From Bacteroidota bacterium (GTDB lineage Bacteria > Bacteroidota > Bacteroidia > Chitinophagales > UBA8649), in contig PKDX01000021.1 in NCBI GenBank assembly GCA_002862745.1, positions 36,523 to 100,522 of the forward strand: a DNA stretch of 64,000 bases, written 5' to 3'. The notes under the pieces are model-generated. The model made no database searches, was not told the DNA's origin, and was given only the letters and a program-made list of their open reading frames with translations. Shown here piece by piece: positions 58,587-64,000 of the stretch. Within the stretch, counting starts at the first letter, position 1; each line of letters opens with the position of its first letter. The translations under genes were made by a program, and so were the position numbers.

Positions 58587-60281
58587 TTAACCCTTCTCCT
58601 TGATTTTTTGAATATAGGACGTCAACTCCTTCCGGACAACAGGCGCAAGAATAAACAAGCCGATCATATTAGGGAAAACCATGGCAAAAATCATTGCATC
58701 AGAAAATGCCCAAATTGAATCCATACTTGCGGCCGATCCAATCACCACAAACACTAAGAACAGTAACTTGTATACTATATCAGCATACTTACCTCGACCA
58801 AACAAGAATTTCCAGGATTGCAATCCATAGTATGACCAAGATATCATAGTGGAAATCGCAAAAAGAAACACTGCCAAGGTCAAAAATATCTCAGAAAATG
58901 GAATGTATTTCGCAAAAGCTTTTTGAGTTATACCTGCACCTTCCTCCAATTTTCCATCTATCAATACTTTCCCTTTAACTTTTTGGTATTCTTTTGAACC
59001 GGAAGCATCAGTGATTTGCATAACATATTCTTTCTCACCATCATCATCTATATCAAGGTGCTCCACATTTTCAAACTTCGTCATATCGCCGTAAGTGAAC
59101 TCTTGGTTAGAGCTGTCAGAATTGTTAAAGGTTATAATCACCAAAGCGGTCATCGTACATATCACTACAGTATCAATAAATGGCTCGAGTAATGAGACCA
59201 AGCCCTCTGAAGCTGGATATTTAGTTTTTACAGCCGAATGAGCAATTGACGCCGATCCAGCTCCAGCTTCATTGGAAAAAGCAGCTCTTTTGAAACCTAC
59301 CATCAGTACGCCAATTACACCACCCACTCCAATAGCTTTAGGATTAAAAGCTTCATTTAAGATTAGTCTGAAGGCATCATCAATGAAGTTAACATTGACT
59401 ATCAGTATGTAAGAGCACGCTACAAAATAGAGCAAAGCCATAAATGGCACTATCTTCTCCGTCACAGACGCAATCCGCTTTATACCTCCTATGATTATTA
59501 ATCCGACTAGTGCGGCCATTACCAAACCTATGATTGCCCCCGAACTTGTGCTCTCCAAACTAAGCAACTGTTTAACCACAATGGTAGCCTGATTTGATTG
59601 AGCCGCATTTCCGCCACCAAAAGATCCACCAATGCAACATATAGCAAAAATCACAGCTAAAACACTGCCCAAACGTTTTAGATTTCGCTCTGCAAGGCCT
59701 TTTTTGAGATAATACATTGGGCCTCCGTACACTTTACCATTATCAACATCACGATATCGAACACCAAGAGTACATTCAACAAATTTTGTTGACATTCCTA
59801 ACAAACCACAGACAATCATCCAAAATGTAGCTCCAGGACCACCTAAAGCAATAGCAAATGCAACTCCCGCAATATTCCCATTACCTACAGTACCGGAAAC
59901 AGCCGTAGCAAGTGCCTGAAAATGACTTACTTCCCCTTGCTCAGATGCGTCAGCATCCTTATCTGTGTCTTCTTGCTTATCTAAATCGTCATATTTACCC
60001 CGAACGACATTAACCGCAGAGCGAAAATATCTAAGATTTATAAACCCAAAATAAAGCGTAAAAAATACTGCACCACCAACTAACAGATAAATTACAAATG
60101 GATTACCACCAAGTTCAAAAAAAACTAACTGACTAAAAAAATCTGAAATTGGCTTAAACGCCTCATTAATCCTATCATCTATGCCTTTTTCTGTTTGAGC
60201 AAACAAGGCGCTTGGCTGTAAAAGCAAGGCAATAAAAAGCAGGAAAATGGTTCGTGTAACTGAGTTTAATTTTAGGTTCAT
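58587..60281 (-). CDS. alanine/glycine:cation symporter (AGCS family)
   Basis: 564-aa polytopic protein. FQALATAVSGTVGNGNIAGVA and SNEAGAGSASIAHSA blocks are typical of AGCS. Confidence 0.85.
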   Translation of the reverse strand: MNLKLNSVTRTIFLLFIALLLQPSALFAQTEKGIDDRINEAFKPISDFFSQLVFFELGGNPFVIYLLVGGAVFFTLYFGFINLRYFRSAVNVVRGKYDDLDKQEDTDKDADASEQGEVSHFQALATAVSGTVGNGNIAGVAFAIALGGPGATFWMIVCGLLGMSTKFVECTLGVRYRDVDNGKVYGGPMYYLKKGLAERNLKRLGSVLAVIFAICCIGGSFGGGNAAQSNQATIVVKQLLSLESTSSGAIIGLVMAALVGLIIIGGIKRIASVTEKIVPFMALLYFVACSYILIVNVNFIDDAFRLILNEAFNPKAIGVGGVIGVLMVGFKRAAFSNEAGAGSASIAHSAVKTKYPASEGLVSLLEPFIDTVVICTMTALVIITFNNSDSSNQEFTYGDMTKFENVEHLDIDDDGEKEYVMQITDASGSKEYQKVKGKVLIDGKLEEGAGITQKAFAKYIPFSEIFLTLAVFLFAISTMISWSYYGLQSWKFLFGRGKYADIVYKLLFLVFVVIGSAASMDSIWAFSDAMIFAMVFPNMIGLFILAPVVRKELTSYIQKIKEKG

Positions 60282-60318
60282 AGTGCTAAAAATAGGAAAT
60301 TAAGGAGGGTATTGATAA

Positions 60319-61080
60319 TTAGATCGTGATTCGCAATCCATCATATGCCAGCGATACATTTTTAGGGAGCGTGGCCGAAACTGCTGCATGAAAGCCTAGC
60401 TTATAGCTAATGTGGGATAAGAAGGTCTTTTGGGGTTGAATCGTTTCGATAAAGGCAAGGGCCTCTTCTAAGTTAAAATGAGACCAGTGAGCATCATGTC
60501 GTATGGCATTGACAATCAATACATCAAGATCGGTGAGTTTCGATACTTCGCTCGGATCAATCCGCTTTACATCGGTGAGATAGGCCGCATTGCCAATACG
60601 AAAACCTCTGATCGGCATGTCTCCATGAAAGACTTCAACCGGTAACACGTCTATTCCTGCTACTTTAAATTCTTCCTTGTCAATCTCATGCGTGTCGAGG
60701 CTTGCAGTACCCGGATACCGTTCTTCAGCAAACAGATAATGATATTGACCCTTGACATCGGCCAAGGTCTTTTGATCGGCATAGACGGGAAGTGCCTTTC
60801 GCGTCTTGAAGTTAAATGCTCTTAACTCATCAAGCCCTCCGGTATGATCTTTATGACCGTGCGTAAGGAGGAGTGCATCTACCTGATCGATATTTTCCCG
60901 TAGCATTTGTTCGCGAAAATCAGGTCCAGCATCAATCAAAATTCTCCGCCCGTCAACTTCAAAAAGCGCTGAAACTCTCAGTCTATGGTCCCTGTAATCT
61001 GAAGACCTACATACGGGATCGTCGCTACCCACTAATGGGATTCCGCTTGAAGTTCCGCTGCCTAAAATCCGTATTCTCAT
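60319..61080 (-). CDS. MBL-fold metallo-hydrolase (PhnP-like)
   Basis: ILGSGTSSGIP N-terminus and LLTHGHKDHTGG (HxHxDH) motif. Confidence 0.85.
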   Translation of the reverse strand: MRIRILGSGTSSGIPLVGSDDPVCRSSDYRDHRLRVSALFEVDGRRILIDAGPDFREQMLRENIDQVDALLLTHGHKDHTGGLDELRAFNFKTRKALPVYADQKTLADVKGQYHYLFAEERYPGTASLDTHEIDKEEFKVAGIDVLPVEVFHGDMPIRGFRIGNAAYLTDVKRIDPSEVSKLTDLDVLIVNAIRHDAHWSHFNLEEALAFIETIQPQKTFLSHISYKLGFHAAVSATLPKNVSLAYDGLRITI

Positions 61081-61358
61081 GATGACGTTTGATCCATAGT
61101 AAGAACCTTTTGAAGAAATTTGAGCTCCTCTTCGTTAAGATTGGATTCATCAATGGTTAACTGATCTAAGATATCAGCTATGCTATCCATTCTCGCCGCT
61201 GTATCATAGAAGCGATTCACTACAATAACATGGTTTGCCTCTAAGCGGCAAGCACCTGGTGCAAAACTTCCCTTTTCATATCGTATACGATAGCCCAAAG
61301 ACTGAAGTAAATCCTCTATCTTGGCAAGATTATGTTTAGTGCGCTTCATTCTATTCAA
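61077..61358 (-). CDS. hypothetical protein (93 aa)
   Basis: ORF only. Its TGA overlaps the ATG of the MBL hydrolase (ATGA). I recognise no family. Confidence 0.45.
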   Translation of the reverse strand: MNRMKRTKHNLAKIEDLLQSLGYRIRYEKGSFAPGACRLEANHVIVVNRFYDTAARMDSIADILDQLTIDESNLNEEELKFLQKVLTMDQTSS

Positions 61359-62060
61359 AAATCAATAATATCTCGGTATCCTAAGCATTTTCTTTGGCTA
61401 ATCTTCTGCACATTATGCTTTTCAACGAGCTACAGCCAACGAAGTGAGAGTTTATTTACAGGATATGTCAGTGGTGGGGTGGCTATCGGACAAATTTCTG
61501 GAGATTTAATGGCAGGCTTTCGTAAGCTGGGAACAGATATTTTTGTCGGCACAGAGCTTCATTGGACTGAAAATTTTCATAACTCCGTCGAATTAGGCTA
61601 TGCTATGCGAGGAAGCCAAAGCAACTACACCCTCGATGCTAGTGCATTTAGAAAGTTTACCATGGACTATGCCCAAGCGAATGTCCTATTTACCTACTTC
61701 GACCAGCGCGTTACCATGTTTCACTTAGGTGTAGGATACAGTCAATTAGTTCGTTCGTCCTTTAAGGCAGGAGTCAATAAAACCGAAATCAATGCGAACC
61801 AGAACATATTTAATGGTCAAGACTGGTCTATCATTGCAGGAATCACCTTCTTACTTAAGCCCAAGCATGGATTGACATTTAGAGCACAGTACTCCCTATC
61901 CAATGCCTTTCCGGATGGGCCCTATTTCAACTACTATGGCAATCTTGCACCGGTGGGTACTTCAAATGGGAATTTTGCAGCAGGCCAAAGTCGTGCGCGT
62001 AAATCCGGACTCTACCACCAAGCGATTAGCCTTCGATATACGTATCGATTCTTGAAATAA
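61332..62060 (+). CDS. outer-membrane beta-barrel (porin-family) protein
   Basis: Signal-like segment HFLWLIFCTLCFSTSYSQ, an alternating amphipathic pattern and a C-terminal aromatic-rich ..YTYRFLK. Confidence 0.55.
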   Translation: MFSALHSIQKSIISRYPKHFLWLIFCTLCFSTSYSQRSESLFTGYVSGGVAIGQISGDLMAGFRKLGTDIFVGTELHWTENFHNSVELGYAMRGSQSNYTLDASAFRKFTMDYAQANVLFTYFDQRVTMFHLGVGYSQLVRSSFKAGVNKTEINANQNIFNGQDWSIIAGITFLLKPKHGLTFRAQYSLSNAFPDGPYFNYYGNLAPVGTSNGNFAAGQSRARKSGLYHQAISLRYTYRFLK

Positions 62061-62096
62061 GTGCCTACTTGACAGTAAATAATCTATTTGAAGGAT

Positions 62097-63152
62097 TTAG
62101 CCAAAAAGACCTTGCATGGGCCCAGTCTGGCCTTCTCCAAAGTATTCCCACGCCTTTGATGTACATTCTCTGCCTCGTGGCGTGCGCTGTAAGAAACCCT
62201 GCTGAATCAGGTAGGGTTCATAAACCTCTTCAATAGTGCCGCTATCTTCGCCGATAGCCGTAGCAATTGTATTTAGCCCAACAGGACCACCTTTAAACTT
62301 GGACAGGATGGCCCGTAAAATACGTGCGTCCATTTCATCAAGACCATTTTCATCAACGTTTAGTGCATCGAGTGCATGTTTGGCAATATCTAATCGCACG
62401 TGACCATCACCTTTGACGTCGGCAAAGTCGCGCACTCGGCGCAACAATAGATTGGCGATACGTGGTGTTCCCCTGCTGCGACGGCTAATCTCAAGAGCTG
62501 CTTCTTTTTCAATAGGTGTATTGAGGATACCTGCGCTTCGTATAATAATATCACGTAGGGTATCATGATCGTAGTATTGCAAGCGCATGTTGATTCCAAA
62601 ACGACTACGTAGAGGAGCCGTAAGAAGACCGGAACGAGTTGTAGCTCCTATAAGCGTAAAAGGCTCTACTGCAATCTGAACGCTACGGGCATTAGGGCCT
62701 TGATCAATCATTATATCAATGGTGTAATCCTCCATCGCAGAATATAGATACTCCTCAATCACCGAGCTCAATCGGTGAATCTCGTCGATAAACAAGACAT
62801 CTCTTGGCGATAGATTCGTGAGCAAACCCGCCAAGTCCCCTGGCTTCTCAAGTACTGGACCTGAAGTTACTTTGATTCCTACGCCGAGTTCATTGGCGAT
62901 GATATGGGAAAGGGTTGTTTTTCCCAATCCAGGAGGGCCATGCAGAAGTACGTGATCCATTGCCTCTTCTCGTTTGGATGCAGCTTGCACAAAAACCTCC
63001 AAGTTTTCCAAGACTGCATTTTGCCCTTGAAAATCTCCAAAACCAAGGGGTCGTAACGCCTTATCCGCTTCGACATCTCTATTCGAAAAGCTGGACAAAT
63101 CAGGATTTAGATTGGGATTCACACTCCTAATGTACTGCTTCATTGAGGGCAA
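62097..63152 (-). CDS. ruvB: Holliday junction branch migration helicase RuvB
   Basis: Walker [10 protein letters not shown], Walker [10 protein letters not shown] and the C-terminal winged-helix block RTPRGR. Confidence 0.97.
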   Translation of the reverse strand: MPSMKQYIRSVNPNLNPDLSSFSNRDVEADKALRPLGFGDFQGQNAVLENLEVFVQAASKREEAMDHVLLHGPPGLGKTTLSHIIANELGVGIKVTSGPVLEKPGDLAGLLTNLSPRDVLFIDEIHRLSSVIEEYLYSAMEDYTIDIMIDQGPNARSVQIAVEPFTLIGATTRSGLLTAPLRSRFGINMRLQYYDHDTLRDIIIRSAGILNTPIEKEAALEISRRSRGTPRIANLLLRRVRDFADVKGDGHVRLDIAKHALDALNVDENGLDEMDARILRAILSKFKGGPVGLNTIATAIGEDSGTIEEVYEPYLIQQGFLQRTPRGRECTSKAWEYFGEGQTGPMQGLFG

Positions 63153-63258
63153 ATAGTGGATTCTGAATTGATAGTTTCAACATGGATTAAGTAACTTGTA
63201 CAGATTAGCACGCTTGACAACATATACCACCCTAAAGTCAATAAATCAACCAAACTTT

Positions 63259-64000
63259 ATGGTAAGTAACTTAGGTCAATATCATGAGTGGGACAAATTA
63301 GCGTCCATTATCATCGGCTCTGCTTTAGATTCAGGTAGTACTCCACGTGAGGAAGACTGCTATGATCCGACAACCCTCTCCACCGTACAATTGGGAATCT
63401 ACCCCAAACATGAACTTCTTGAACAACAGCTTAATGCATTGGTCCAAACATTAAAATCACTCGACGTCAAGGTCTATCGTCCAAAAAACCTTCCTCAAGT
63501 AGATCAAATATTTGCCCGGGATGTGGGATTTGTTATTCAAGACGTACTTGTGCGCTCAAAGATGATCGAAGATCGAGCAAAGGAATGGGAAGGTGTACAA
63601 GATTTGCTACAAGGAATAAAGAGCGTAACACCCCCATCCGATGTACTCATTGAAGGTGGCGATGTACTCATTGTAGGTGATAAGCTTTATGTGGGATACT
63701 GCGACGAAGCGACAATATCATCTTTTAAGACAGCGCGCACGAACAAGAAAAGCCTTCTTTGGCTTCAAAAGACCTTTCCTGACATACAAGTAGTCGGCGT
63801 GCAGCTGATCAAAGATGACCTAGATGTGACAAAGAATGTCTTGCATTTGGATTGTGCCTTTATGCCCCTTGGCCTAGGCCATTGTATCATATACAAGGAG
63901 GGATTTTACACAGCGGAAGACTATCGTAAAATAACCGCAGATTATCCGATGGAGAAGATCTTTCATGTGAGTCAAGAGGAAGCCATTCTGCTTGCCACCA
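63259..64000 (+). CDS. amidinotransferase/dimethylarginine dimethylaminohydrolase-like (guanidino-group modifying enzyme fold) protein, 3'-truncated by the window edge
   Basis: Not in the supplied ORF track because no stop codon occurs before the window end. My translation from ATG 63259 is MVSNLGQYHEWDKL...IFARDVGFVI...IEGGDVLIVGDKLYVGY...NVLHLDCAFMPLG.. with no stops. The FxRD, EGGD and HLD blocks fit this superfamily. Confidence 0.6.
   Translation, partial: MVSNLGQYHEWDKLASIIIGSALDSGSTPREEDCYDPTTLSTVQLGIYPKHELLEQQLNALVQTLKSLDVKVYRPKNLPQVDQIFARDVGFVIQDVLVRSKMIEDRAKEWEGVQDLLQGIKSVTPPSDVLIEGGDVLIVGDKLYVGYCDEATISSFKTARTNKKSLLWLQKTFPDIQVVGVQLIKDDLDVTKNVLHLDCAFMPLGLGHCIIYKEGFYTAEDYRKITADYPMEKIFHVSQEEAILLAT

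Overview
This is a gene-dense chromosomal segment from a Bacteroidota-type genome. The assignment rests on T9SS/gliding-type C-terminal sorting domains, a b558-type sdhCAB operon, the order tRNA(Thr-Tyr-Gly-Thr)-tuf-tRNA(Trp)-secE-nusG-rplKAJL-rpoBC-DUF3467, and a TAnnTTTG-like promoter box. About 80% of the window is ordinary housekeeping. That part holds polyamine synthesis (CANSDH + nspC), corA, a GH53 lipoprotein + TonB-dependent receptor pair, lipid A/glycan genes, aroQ, xerD, ribE, sdhCAB, gmhA/gmhB, the ribosomal protein/RNA polymerase cluster, acyl-CoA dehydrogenase, apt, an alanine:cation symporter and ruvB. The standout is an ~11.6 kb block (44.2-55.8 kb) that starts just beyond the Xer-like recombinase flanking the tuf tRNA cluster. 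It carries three co-oriented genes for exported proteins. The first is a 519-aa T9SS type-B-sorted protein. The second is a 1038-aa fibre protein with 61 collagen Gly-X-Y triplets and a phage-type C-terminal intramolecular-chaperone (endosialidase/S74-like) domain. The third is a 2223-aa hyper-repetitive fibre protein with a YadA-head-like 14-residue beta-roll and a C-terminal coiled coil. The two fibre genes share a ~70-aa N-terminal domain of unknown function and the same small repeat modules. All three genes have a TTAYCTTA motif 22-24 nt upstream of the ATG. The giant gene's repeats are nearly identical as protein but heavily scrambled at synonymous sites, whereas the collagen array is nearly identical as DNA. 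I consider this block the best candidate for an undescribed trimeric surface-fibre system. Other points are a dihydroorotase-like pseudoenzyme overlapping a polyprenyl-phosphate-type GT2, a YfhO-like/GtrB-like glycosylation pair beside the heptose genes, and a 3'-open amidinotransferase-like gene missing from the ORF track. All calls come from reading the sequence and recalling protein families. No searches were run.
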